A DNA stretch of 63,931 nt, filler included, from Octopus bimaculoides (taxonomy: Eukaryota), in the NCBI RefSeq assembly GCF_001194135.2. It is 6 parts of 6 records of this genome, joined end to end, with 100 filler letters (N's around TTAATTAATTAA, not from the genome) between each part and the next. Parts side by side here need not be neighbours in the genome. Positions count along the whole stretch, not along the records: positions 19,301 to 35,549 come from NC_068996.1; 5 more parts are not named here. The stretch is one strand, 5' to 3'. The notes beneath the pieces were generated by a model that ran no database searches, was not told the origin of the DNA, and was given only the letters and a program-made list of their open reading frames with translations. Numbering within the stretch: position 1 is the stretch's first letter; the number at the start of each line of letters is the position of its first letter. Below, piece after piece: positions 24,020 through 35,649 of the stretch. The translations under genes and the position numbers were made by a program.

Positions 24020-25646
24020 ATGGTGGTTATTAAGGTAGGTTGTATAAATGTACGTGGCTTGGGGTCGTCCTGGAAGCAAGGATGCTTGCACAACGACCTC
24101 AGATGGCTAAGTCTGGATGTAATAGCTGTCAGTGAAACCAGGATTGCGGACACACGGGCCTTGACTCCCATTTTAGATGACTTTGAGATTTTCGAATCTC
24201 TTAGTCGACCGGGAATGGAGGGTGCGGTGGAAATGTTGTTCAGAAAAGGCCTGGATCTCGAGATACGGTCGGTCTTCCTGGACCCGGAAGGTAAGTCGAT
24301 GCTCGCAGTGTACGCACCAACTGGAGAAGAGCGGCTAGAATTATTTAGGCGCCTGGAGGCCTTCCTAGCACGTCTCACTCTTTAGTGTTAGTGGGTGACT
24401 GAAACGTTACTTTGGATGCACGTGTTGATTGGGCGGGTCTAACGGATTGGAAAATGGGGTGCACAATCCTCGCAAACATGCTCAGCCGTTTCCACCTGGC
24501 GGACATGTTCAGACTGGATTTCCCTAATATTCCAGTGTGGACATGATCAAACAACGTCGGATAATCCAGATCTTATCTAGATACGGTATTTTGTAGACCA
24601 GCAGAGAGGAATAACATAGGTTGTCCATAATTTGAATTCGTCAACTACACAGATGACAAATTTGTGACCTGTACGGTTGATTTTGATAGATTCCATAAGT
24701 AGGGTCCTGGGTACTGGAAGCTAAACACGTCCTTGCCGGGGCTTCAAGCTTTCAGAGACCGGCTTAGCAAGTTAGTCCATCGAAAGATAACGAGTACAAC
24801 AACCAATGGTGAGGAGCCTTAACATTGGTGATTAGAGTAGAACTTGTAGAATTTAGGAGAGAACTAGCGATAGAGAAGATTAGAGTAGAGGGAGACCTAG
24901 TTAGGAAATTAGAAGAATCACTCAGTAGAGACATAGCAATCGATGGGCTGGCAGCGAGATTGAATCTGAACCAATTCTCCAAAACCATGCATGAAGTTTA
25001 CATTTTCAGAGCCAGGGATGTTGTCTAATGCAGGAAGGAACGAAAGCTGTTTAAATGGATGGCCGAGGCGCAACGTGATAATAACACTACAATTCGGTCT
25101 TTGAGGGGTCGGGGCGGTCGCATGCCGCACTAGTGGAAACAGATTTGTGCGAAATATCAGTGGGATTTTGTTGAACTGTACGGTGCGCACGGTAGCCCGG
25201 AGGTGGAGGTGAACTTCACTTCCTACCTTGATGGCATGCCGCGGCGTTCGGCTAAAGACGTGGAATTCTGCGAAATGCCGACAACAGCTGAAGATATACG
25301 TGACGCGTAGGGATGGGATGGCCTACCCTTCGAGGTTTATATACATATGTAAATGGCCACCTCTCGGGATCGTTCAGTATTGCACGTTTGGTCCTTTAAG
25401 GATTCCCATTCTCACCCCTTTTCTACGTACTGGAACTTGAACCATAACTGCTGAACGCGATTGAATGGGCTGAAGACGTATATCTTCCTCTTTGACCAAG
25501 GCCTCATCAACTTTTTCAGGTTCCACCTGAAAAGGAAAGTGAGACCGGAGAGGGAAGTACAGTCACCCAGTAAGTTCGTTGAAAGGTGGGAGAATGTATC
25601 AAGAATGGCCCGCGTAAATGGGCTGACTATTAGTGTATGCCTGTAA
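24020..25646 (+). pseudogene. Tx1-like ORF2 remnant (APE endonuclease, RT start, C-terminus)
   Basis: GCINVRG, DVIAVSETR, GD*NV, SYLDTVF, TDDKFV, GPGYWKLN, DGLPFEVY, a PITLLN-like motif at ~25442, then FFRFHLKRKVRPER..FVERW..RMARVNG. Multiple stops and frameshifts. Confidence 0.85.
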
Positions 25647-25893
25647 GCCGGATGGAAGGGAGAAGAAAGGGTGCCGTCCTGTGGAGCCGTTGGTGTTAAG
25701 GGGTGTAAAGTGCGTGAAGTTTCTTTGCTCACCTTACGGTGGAACTCACCCCTGTTGGGGAAGCATATTGTTGATTTAATCTCTTTGTTAATCGTTGTGT
25801 TTGCTGGTTGTTTACACCTTTAACCTCACTATCCATCGTCTGTGTACCGTCCTCTATGTTTTGTGTTCGGCCCTGGTGGCCAATAAAGAAAGA

Positions 25894-25959
<66 letters not shown>

Positions 25960-25986
25960 GCTGTTGTTGTTGTTGTTGTTATTATT

Positions 25987-26194
25987 AAGGCAGCGAGCAG
26001 GCTAAATACTTAGCATGCTGGATGAAATGCTTAGCGATATTTCGCCGTCGCCACGTTGAGTTCAAATTCTGCCCAAATCACTTTGCTCTCATCCTTTCGG
26101 GATCGATAAAATAAGTACCAGTTGAACACTGGGTTAATGTAATCGACTCACTCCCTCCCCTTAAATGGCTGCTCTTATGGTAAAATTTGAAACC
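25987..26194 (+). mobile_element. SINE-A, diverged
   Basis: Full head-body-tail alignment. Flanked by (ATT)n on both sides. Confidence 0.85.
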
Positions 26195-26247
26195 ATTATT
26201 ATTATTATTATTACTATTATTATTATTGTTGTTGTTGCTGTTATGAC

Positions 26248-26460
26248 AATGAGCTGGTAGAATCGTTAGCACACTGGGCGAAATTTTTAGCGGTATTTCG
26301 TCTGTCTTTACGTTCTGAGTTCAAATTCCGCCGAGGTCGACTTTGCCTTTCATCCTTTCGGTGTCGATAAATTAAGTACCAGTGAAACACTGGGTTGATG
26401 TAAGTGACAACTCCCCTCCCCACTAATTTAAGTCCTTGTGCCTCCATTAGAAAGGATTAT
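26248..26460 (+). mobile_element. SINE-A, CCTTGTGCCT...AGAAAGG tail
   Basis: Full alignment. Followed by (ATT)n(AGT)n. Confidence 0.9.
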
Positions 26461-27631
26461 TATTATTATTATTATTAGTAGTAGTAGTAGTAGTAGTAGT
26501 ATTTGTAGTAGTAATTTTGTTGTAGTATATGCAGAGTCTTTTTATTAATAATTATTTCACATCGATTTGGTCTCTGCTGTAATATATTTTATATTAATTT
26601 TATTATTTTACCTATATATTACATGAAATGTCCAATTATCATTCTCGACAGGTCTTGACTCTTCTGTCTTACTCTCGTTTTTTTTCCCCTAACACCTTTT
26701 CTTTCTTTCTCTATACACACATAATCTACATATATATATTTACATGCATCCATACAGTCATAAGCACAAGCAGACACATACTCATACGCATACACATACA
26801 AAATAATCATACTTCCATGTGTACATGTGTTTGTGCGCGTGCGTGTATGTCTTTTCCTGTTTTTTTTTATTTGTGTGTGTGTGTGTGTGTGTGTGTGTGA
26901 GCGCGTGTGTTGCTACATCCCTCCTCTCCAATTATAAGAGAAAATAATAAAAAAATTAATAAAGAAAAAACTGCTTTCCGTAAGTGAGTGGATTCAGTAG
27001 AAATTGTACAGCCGCTATACAGGCAAGGAACAAAAGCTTCTAACATCTGGAAGGCTTCGCTTACTGATGCCAACCGGCTGCCTTTTGTCTGTAGCAGCAA
27101 CATTTACAAACACCGTCGAAGATGCAAAAGACGACCTCATACAATAAGTAACTCACAAATCTCCTCCTTCCACAACTGCTGTCACATGTTTTGGTTCTAG
27201 CAAAACGCTTCTCATCTCTTTTTTCAACTGTAATGATTCTTATTTCTCACAACTACTCGTCTTCTCTTTTATTGTTGTGTTGTTGAATTGTTTAACTATA
27301 TTTTTTTGTTTGTTATTGAATAGCGAAAAGAGGAGAGGGAGGCTCGAAATATATTCGGTATAGTTTGAAATTATCAACTAAGTCTTCTTCGCGGGCAACC
27401 AAATGTTAGCTATACCCCTGCCGCGAATTCATGTCTCTCTGCTAACTTTTAGAGCGGTTTTAAAACAAAATTTCTCTCAATCTGTATTTATCTAACTGCA
27501 AAGTTAGTCAGATACTGACCTGGTCCCCGTTTTCTTCTTCACGTCTCTATTTCTCTCTCTCGCTTTCTCTGTCTGTCTCTTTCTCTCTCTCTTTCTCTGT
27601 CTGTCTGTCTGTCTCTTTCTCTCTCTCTCTT

Positions 27632-27664
<33 letters not shown>

Positions 27665-28013
27665 TGTGATGTATATAAATCAACAAGATTTGTTGTCAAG
27701 TTAACAAATATTGTGTTACGAAATTCGTATTTACTTATTTACTGTTACCTACGATATCAACATGAAATGAAATAATAAAAGCTATCGCATTCCTTTTCAA
27801 AATGTATGTAAATATACAATGGAGCATTTACGTAGTATTTAGCATAAGAGACATAATCGTCAAATCTTCCTCAAATGACATCTTGCCCATTGAAAAATAG
27901 GACTCATTTGATAGAGTTGTCAGGGACACCCAAAGTCTCAAAAGTACTCTGGATTGCCTTTAACTATAAGGACAGCCGGATGATTTGATGCCGAACAAGA
28001 AGAATAACACACA

Positions 28014-28051
<38 letters not shown>

Positions 28052-28170
28052 CATCATCATCATCATCATTATCATCATCATCATCATCATTATCCCATCA
28101 TCCTCATCAGCTTCTCTTCCTCTTCATCTTCTTTTCTTTTTTCTCCTCATTCTTCTCATTATTGTTGTTG

Positions 28171-28216
<46 letters not shown>

Positions 28217-28319
28217 CATTATTATTATTATTATCATTATTATTATTATTATCATTATTCATATACACTCAACAGATTAGACTGTTGGAAAAGAAAAGAA
28301 TCCTAACACTGGGCTACAG

Positions 28320-28423
28320 CAAGTAACCCTAGATGCCAAGGACTCACCTATCGGGTTACAACAAGTAACCTTAGATGCCAAGGACTCACCTATCGGGTTA
28401 CAACAAGTAACCTTAGATGCCAA
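28320..28423. repeat. 42-bp tandem repeat, ~2.5 copies
   Basis: Unit CAAGTAACCTTAGATGCCAAGGACTCACCTATCGGGTTACAA, with 1 mismatch between copies. Confidence 0.95.
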
Positions 28424-28545
28424 CTACCCTCCTAAGTATCCTAGCTGTCCCTAATAAGACTGTTTTCTACAGCTGTACTAAATTGGGTTTTATGCCTAAT
28501 TCCTCTATCAATTTGTTCAGTTCATTAAGGATAATTTCCAATGCT

Positions 28546-28618
28546 CTTTTAACTACTGGGATACATTTTACCCGCACTTCCGTAAAGTGCGGGTAAAATG
28601 TATCCCAGTAGTTAAAAG
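28546..28618. repeat. Perfect inverted repeat, 34-bp arms, 5-nt loop
   Basis: CTTTTAACTACTGGGATACATTTTACCCGCACTT-ccgta-AAGTGCGGGTAAAATGTATCCCAGTAGTTAAAAG. Confidence 0.97.
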
Positions 28619-28845
28619 TGCGCCCCCCCCACTACCTCTGCTCATGATCAGAGATGCACATATCGTCAGCCACCAACGAACATCCTCAGCCGGTTAAGGT
28701 AAAACGACTGACAAAAAATCTGTGGTATTGAGCAGAATATTTGCTGTAGCCCATCTTTTATAGCAAGACAAAACAATGTACATGATAACACTTCCAATCA
28801 ATTAAGATCAGAAGCCATGAGAGCCACTTATTATTATTATTATTT

Positions 28846-28879
<34 letters not shown>

Positions 28880-28883
28880 TGGT

Positions 28884-28934
<51 letters not shown>

Positions 28935-28935
28935 C

Positions 28936-29100
28936 AGCTACGAACTGTCAGAATCGTTAGCTCGCCAGGTGAAATGCTTAGCGGTATTTCGTCTGTTTTT
29001 GCGTTCTGATTTCAAATTCCGCCGAGGCCGACATTGCCTTTCTTCTAATCGACTGGCCTCCTCCCCCAAAATTTTAGGCCTTGTGCCTATAGTAGAAAAA
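28936..29100 (+). mobile_element. SINE-A with ~60-bp internal deletion
   Basis: Head, B box and TAGGCCTTGTGCCTA tail are present. Sits between (TAG)n tracts. Confidence 0.85.
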
Positions 29101-29135
29101 CTAATATCATCCTCCTCCTCATCATCATCATCATC

Positions 29136-29185
<50 letters not shown>

Positions 29186-29506
29186 CAGCAGCAGCAGCAG
29201 CAGCAGCAGCAGCTATAGAGTAATACGGACGTATTTTTGAACAAGCAATGTGAGTCTGACTTATGATTGTTATAAATATTTTCACCGGTTTGATGGTTTT
29301 TTTTAAAAAATAACCTTTTACTAAGTACACTACGAAAATTTTGATTGGCGTTCTGTGTTTGCTTTTGTCTTGAAGATGCAATAATTTGAACCCTCTCGAA
29401 TAGGTTTGTTGTCATACAAATTCTCCATATACAGGATGGCAGCGTCATCAACAGCTTGCTTAAAAAAGCTTAAAAAGTAAATCTCTTTTCACCTGCCATA
29501 TTACAG

Positions 29507-29705
29507 CTTCGAACTTCCCAAATCTATCTTCTCTCACTCCTCTGAAAATGGGTGCAACACAACGGGTGAGGGAAGCGGCATAAGCAACGGCATCCACAGC
29601 AGCAACCGCAAGAGCAGCAATAACATTATCGAAAGCAATGCATTTGATTTGGAGGAGACACCGGTTATGTATCTTCACCTTCATTTTCCAAAGCCGGGCT
29701 ATTTC
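29507..29705 (+). other. Candidate coding exon of an unidentified gene
   Basis: Pyrimidine tract plus CAG acceptor, 199 nt open (FELPKSIFSH...LEETPVMYLHLHFPKPGYF), GTATGT donor, and an in-frame TAA just upstream. No homology recognised. Confidence 0.25.
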
Positions 29706-29803
29706 GTATGTAAGAGGGTTGTATATATATATATTTTCGCCTTCCTTCTTGATTATTATTATTATTATTGTTGTTGTTGTTGTTGTTGTTGTTGTTATTG
29801 TTA

Positions 29804-29877
<74 letters not shown>

Positions 29878-30129
29878 TTATGTTTGACTTTTGCTTTGCA
29901 TTTGTACGAGTTGAATCCAAGTCTCACCTACAGACCTCAAGAGACAACAAGTTAGAAGTTAATGTAGGTGTTATGCCTAGGGTACCATATATTTCGATTT
30001 GTACATAGTGTTGTTCTAGAGAATGTTTATGAAACCATAACAAAATTATGCGTTTGTTTTAAAATTTGTGATCACATACGCAGTATTTTATGTAGGATAT
30101 GGGCAGTTCCCATGAGCACTATCTTTTGA
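29878..30129 (-). mobile_element. 3' end of a second R4/Dong-like LINE family
   Basis: QKIVLMGTAHILHKILRM* parallels the C-terminus QKTVLLGTTRILRKMLEK* at 19449-19505. 3' UTR of ~195 nt, then (AAT)n. The 5' part is lost in a gap. Confidence 0.8.
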
Positions 30130-30297
30130 NNNNNNNNNNNNNNNNNNNNNNNNNNNNNNNNNNNNNNNNNNNNNNNNNNNNNNNNNNNNNNNNNNNNNNN
30201 NNNNNNNNNNNNNNNNNNNNNNNNNNNNNATATATTATATATATAGATATTATATATATACATATTGATATACATACAATTATTTATATATTATTTT

Positions 30298-30730
30298 TTT
30301 CTTTTACTTGATTTTGTCATTTGACTGCGGCTATGTGTTTAGTCGAGCAAATCGACCCCAGGACTTATTCTTTGGAAGCCTAGTACTTGTTCTATCGGTC
30401 TCTTTTGCCGAACTGCTAAGTTACGGGGACGTAAACACACCACCATCGGTTGTCAAGTGATGCTAGGGGGACAAACACAGACACACAAACACAGACACAC
30501 ACACACACACACACATACACACACACACACACACACACGCACACACACACATACACAACAATATACGACGAGCTTCTTTCAGTTTCTGTCTACCAAATCC
30601 ACTCACAAGGCTTTGGTCGGCCCGAGGCTATACTAGAAGACACTTGCCCAAGGTGCCACGCAATGGGAATGAACCCGAAACCATGTGGTTGTTAAGTAAG
30701 CTACTTACCACGCAGCCACTCCTGCGCCTA
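30298..30730 (-). mobile_element. SINE-B, full length with internal (CA)n
   Basis: tRNA-like head (TGGCTGCGTGG; GGTTCATTCCC), a TTGGGCAAGTGTCTT block, an internal microsatellite and a 3' module. Reverse complement of 48861-49263. Confidence 0.93.
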
Positions 30731-30879
30731 ATGTTGTAGAACTTCTAAATATACAATGTTTTCTGTGTGTCCTTTTATTCGGATTTCCAACTCGCGAACA
30801 ACCTACATATAATTGCCCATGAGAGAGGTTAGGAGAAACAAGGTTAAGTGTAACAACGTTGAGTGTGCTTCAAATTCGT

Positions 30880-32010
30880 TTATAGACATAGCAAAACTTA
30901 GGTTCACTGGGAACTGGAGCCGTCTAAATTCATAGGGGAGGTCAGATGGGATTAATGGGAGCCGTTTAAATTTATAGGGGAAGTGAGACGGGATTTAATC
31001 GTCACCGTTATATTTCCCAAGAGGAATTAATTTTGGCGGTAAGGACTAAACCTCTTGTTTCATTATAACAATTAAAAAGCGTTTATCTTTACTTAAAAAA
31101 AAGAGATTGGATCGTAGACGTATGACGGAGAATTATTCAACCTCGTGTTTGCTTCTATCAGAATTGTTTACCTTTAAAGCGAAAAAACAAAACCGACGTA
31201 TACGACAAAAAGGTAAAAATTTAGTGACCCCCATCCCCTAGAACATTCCCCGATTACTAAAATATTCATGCTAAATTTGGTACAGACTGATCCAGTGGTC
31301 TGGCCGTGCAGAACAATACGCCCTGTGGCTAGTGGGAAATTGTAGATTCGATTTCGAATCTGAGGTAGGACCAATATCCAAGCAGAAATTGTCACATTGA
31401 ATTTAAATATGAAGTATTGGATGTAATCTTGGTACATTTAAGGCCCATAGTAGGTCCATTCCACGAACAATTATTTGAATAATTCGATATGTCTAACTTA
31501 TGTCAAGGGAATATTGAAATTTAAGAGTTATAAAGTTTATCATATAAATTGAACGATATCCGATAGTGTATAAGCGTGTATCCGTATGAAGACATTTCGT
31601 TATTCAGAAACCTTACTGTTTATTTTTCTTTAAACCTCATGTTTCATTATTACGATTAAAAAGCGTTTCAGAATTGGTTACCTTTAAAGCGAAAGCACAA
31701 AACCGCCGTAATTGCTAGATAGCCAAATTTGGTACAGGTTGTTCCAGCACTTTGACCAAGCATGGAGGAAACACACACACACAGTAAGAATAAAAGGGTA
31801 ACAATAAATGTAAAACTATAGCGTTATGAAAAGTGAAACTATTATGCAGCTGAATAAAATCGGAAGGATCTAATAGAATAAAAAGTCAAAAATGTGCCCT
31901 TCCCCCTATACCCATCCCCGGGTTATCAAAAACCTTCATGCCAAATTTGGCACAGATTGATTCAGCGGTTTGGCAGTGCATAGATGAAACACACGCACAC
32001 AGGATTTTAT
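30880..32010 (+). mobile_element. Cluster of non-autonomous Helitron-like remnants
   Basis: Three copies of (cat)gcYaaatttggYacag..tgatYcagYggtYtggc.gtgca followed by a CA run (31267, 31722, 31937), a ~41-bp tandem duplication at 30917-30999, and a local duplication. The class assignment comes from resemblance to Lep1/DINE-1-type 3' ends. Confidence 0.4.
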
Positions 32011-32059
32011 GCACGTATATATACATACACACACACAACACACACACCACACACATACA

Positions 32060-32092
<33 letters not shown>

Positions 32093-32100
32093 GCACTTAT

Positions 32101-32262
32101 ATATGCAACGGGCATCTTTTAGTTACGTCTTCCAAATCCACTCACAAGGCTCTGGTCGGCCCGAAGCTATAGCAGGAGACATTAGCTGAAGGTGCCACAC
32201 AGTGAGACCGAATCCGGACCATATCGTTGGGAAGCAAGCTTCTAACAACACAGACACTACTA
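32101..32262 (-). mobile_element. SINE-B 5' half
   Basis: Aligns to 30560-30725. Confidence 0.85.
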
Positions 32263-32301
32263 CGCATATTTGCATATATTTGCAAACATTTATATATGCA
32301 T

Positions 32302-32332
<31 letters not shown>

Positions 32333-32527
32333 CGTATATTTATATATATATACATATATATATANNNNNNNNNNNNNNNNNNNNNNNNNNNNNNNNNNNN
32401 NNNNNNNNNNNNNNNNNNNNNNNNNNNNNNNNNNNNNNNNNNNNNNNNNNNNNNNNNNNNNNNNNNNNNNNNNNNNNNNNNNNNNNNNNNATATATATAT
32501 TCTCCCTTCCTCTTTTCCTGTTCTCTC

Positions 32528-32565
<38 letters not shown>

Positions 32566-33045
32566 CCTGTCTCTTACCTTCCTTCCCCCTATATCTATCT
32601 TTCACATGTGACTCGTGACCAATTTTACCATTTCTCTGCTTTTTTCACACCGGACGCTTAGCTAGCCGGTCAATATCTATCTCCTCCTTGCTATTCGTCT
32701 GTCTATATCCATTCAGGATTTTTTGCAGGCGTGACTCACAAACTTCGACCTTTTGACTGAAAGGCCGTATTTTTATCGTTTACGTATTTTTCACGTCCAC
32801 CTATCTCTTTCGCCTTTGTCAATCGTCTTAAATTACATTTGTTTACCTTCTTACGTTCACTCTGCATCGTTTTGTTCGCCCAAAGCCCTAATTGACCGCA
32901 AATCGTGCGGGTGGCACCTATATGCGTAGTTTTCGGTATTATCATTAAAGGCATAAAACTGAATATTAACTTTCGGTTGATAAGCGATCATGAATTAGAA
33001 CCGACTGTGTACGTTGTTTCACTGTTGTTGTTTATTCAATGCATT

Positions 33046-33140
<95 letters not shown>

Positions 33141-33359
33141 ATATACACACATACACTGGTAAACGCACCTGTCCTTTGGACAGTTTATCATATAATTAAA
33201 TAATAAATAAAAAAAAAGTGAAAACAACTAAAAATATATTCTGTAATGCAAATATACAACCGTATAGATTTTTAAAGTATGGAAGACCCTACATACAAAG
33301 ATTATATATATAAAACGAATTAAAGAAAACCCGTGTAAACCACCGTTTTTCCTGGTTTG

Positions 33360-33520
33360 TCCATTTACACAAGATCTCTGGGGGAAATGTTATAGTGAAT
33401 AACCATCCTTGGCACATAAGAAATATGTGTGTGTAAAGTTTGGTGATAATCGGTTGAGAACTGTGGAAATGTATGCGTTAGTCAAGATACACGCACATAC
33501 TATGATTTGTATATTCAAGA
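33360..33520 (+). mobile_element. Helitron-like 3' remnant
   Basis: gtgtaaagtttggtgataatcggttgagaactgtgga...acacgcacatac has the same architecture as the 31-32 kb copies. Confidence 0.35.
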
Positions 33521-33559
33521 TATACATATGCATATATTTTGATGCATTGACACGTTTCA

Positions 33560-34150
33560 GCCAGTATTGGCCCAGGCCACGTCTGACTTAATAGCACCAT
33601 GACCCACTCAGTTAGACGCTAATTGTTTACGGAGACATATCCGGGTGTCGGAGGTTTATCCTGGATTTCTGGAAGGAATTTGTCCAAAGAATTCTTAAAA
33701 GTTATGGTGTCTGCTTCTGCTTTACTCTGATTTGGTGTAATGTTAAGGAGAGCGGGTTTATTTGAGGTGCGTTAATTGTATGCTATTGAATGCTTGTAGT
33801 GGCCTCTGTCTTAAAATAACTTAGTTTTGAACTTTTGAATAGAGCAATTTCAATTCAGTAATCTTAAAAAGGTATAAATACTATTTTATTCCGCATCTCC
33901 TTTGCCTTTACAAGGATAAGGCAGCGGAAATACTGAAGCGTGAATCTAGTTCCACCTAGTGATTATAAATTAAAGAGCCCATAGCTCTGAAACTACTTCA
34001 ACTAGAAAGTTGAAATTTCAGATATACTATTTCTGCATTGCATTGAGTCAGTACTCCAAGTTTGGTAAAAACATAAGTAGGCGTTAGGAAACTCCGCCCG
34101 AATTTGCATGATTTGAGTCGAAAGTGGTTTTCGATTTCTTAAGTTGGGAG
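33560..34150 (-). mobile_element. CR1-group LINE 3' remnant
   Basis: PNLEY, LSL*RQRR...YLFKI and FKNSLDKFLPEIQDKPPTPGY follow the order of CR1 thumb and C-terminal motifs. Many stops. Confidence 0.65.
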
Positions 34151-35111
34151 TGACGTTTATACACANNNNNNNNNNNNNNNNNNNNNNNNNNNNNNNNNNN
34201 NNNNNNNNNNNNNNNNNNNNNNNNNNNNNNNNNNNNNNNNNNNNNNNNNNNNNNNNNNNNNNNNNNNNNNNNNNNNNNNNNNNNNNNNNNNNNNNNNNNN
34301 NNNNNNNNNNNNNNNNNNNNNNNNNNNNNNNNNNNNNNNNNNNNNNNNNNNNNNNNNNNNNNNNNNNNNNNNNNNNNNNNNNNNNNNNNNNNNNNNNNNN
34401 NNNNNNNNNNNNNNNNNNNNNNNNNNNNNNNNNNNNNNNNNNNNNNNNNNNNNNNNNNNNNNNNNNNNNNNNNNNNNNNNNNNNNNNNNNNNNNNNNNNN
34501 NNNNNNNNNNNNNNNNNNNNNNNNNNNNNNNNNNNNNNNNNNNNNNNNNNNNNNNNNNNNNNNNNNNNNNNNNNNNNNNNNNNNNNNNNNNNNNNNNNNN
34601 NNNNNNNNNNNNNNNNNNNNNNNNNNNNNNNNNNNNNNNNNNNNNNNNNNNNNNNNNNNNNNNNNNNNNNNNNNNNNNNNNNNNNNNNNNNNNNNNNNNN
34701 NNNNNNNNNNNNNNNNNNNNNNNNNNNNNNNNNNNNNNNNNNNNNNNNNNNNNNNNNNNNNNNNNNNNNNNNNNNNNNNNNNNNNNNNNNNNNNNNNNNN
34801 NNNNNNNNNNNNNNNNNNNNNNNNNNNNNNNNNNNNNNNNNNNNNNNNNNNNNNNNNNNNNNNNNNNNNNNNNNNNNNNNNNNNNNNNNNNNNNNNNNNN
34901 NNNNNNNNNNNNNNNNNNNNNNNNNNNNNNNNNNNNNNNNNNNNNNNNNNNNNNNNNNNNNNNNNNNNNNNNNNNNNNNNNNNNNNNNNNNNNNNNNNNN
35001 NNNNNNNNNNNNNNNNNNNNNNNNNNNNNNNNNNNNNNNNNNNNNTATATATATATATATATATATGCATATAAATACATACACACACACATATACACAA
35101 ACATATATATA

Positions 35112-35420
35112 GGACCACTCCGTTGGTTACGACGACGAAGGTTCCAGCTGGTACGATTAACGGAACAGCTTGCTCGTGAACGTTAACGTGCAAGTGGCTG
35201 AGCACTCCACAGACACGTGTACCAATAACATAGTTCTCAGGGAGATTCAGCATGGCACAGAGTGACAAGACTGGTCCTTTGAAATACAGGTACCACTCAT
35301 TTTTGCCAGCTGTGTGGACCGGAGCATGTCTTGCCCAAGGACACAACGCGTCGCCGGAAATTGAACTCACGACCTTACGATCGTGAGCTGGATGCCCTAA
35401 CCACTAAGCCACGTGCCTTC
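35112..35420 (-). mobile_element. Hybrid SINE: D-type head and CORE-like middle with a C-type tail
   Basis: gcgttgtgtccttgggcaagaca..cagctggcaaaaatgagt, then cctgtatttcaaagg...gtggagtgctcagccacttgcacg... as in SINE-C. Confidence 0.85.
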
Positions 35421-35507
35421 GCATTCATATATACATAACTATATATATATATATACATAAATACATTTATACACATCTATATATATACACATATACATAT
35501 AGCTATA

Positions 35508-35549
<42 letters not shown>

Positions 35550-35649
35550 NNNNNNNNNNNNNNNNNNNNNNNNNNNNNNNNNNNNNNNNNNNNTTAATTA
35601 ATTAANNNNNNNNNNNNNNNNNNNNNNNNNNNNNNNNNNNNNNNNNNNN

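Larger units (their letters stand above)
22500..25893 (+). mobile_element. Tx1-like (L1-clade) non-LTR retrotransposon, degenerate, most of RT deleted
   Basis: Gag-like ORF1 remnant with a zinc knuckle, APE endonuclease, GPGYWKLN motif, ORF2 C-terminus, 3' UTR ending AATAAAGAAAGA, then (ATT)n. Confidence 0.85.

Noticed and set aside
28320-28423. CRISPR-like regular repeats (also 41740-42092)
   Set aside because: The units are contiguous with no unique spacers, there are no cas genes, and the context is eukaryotic.
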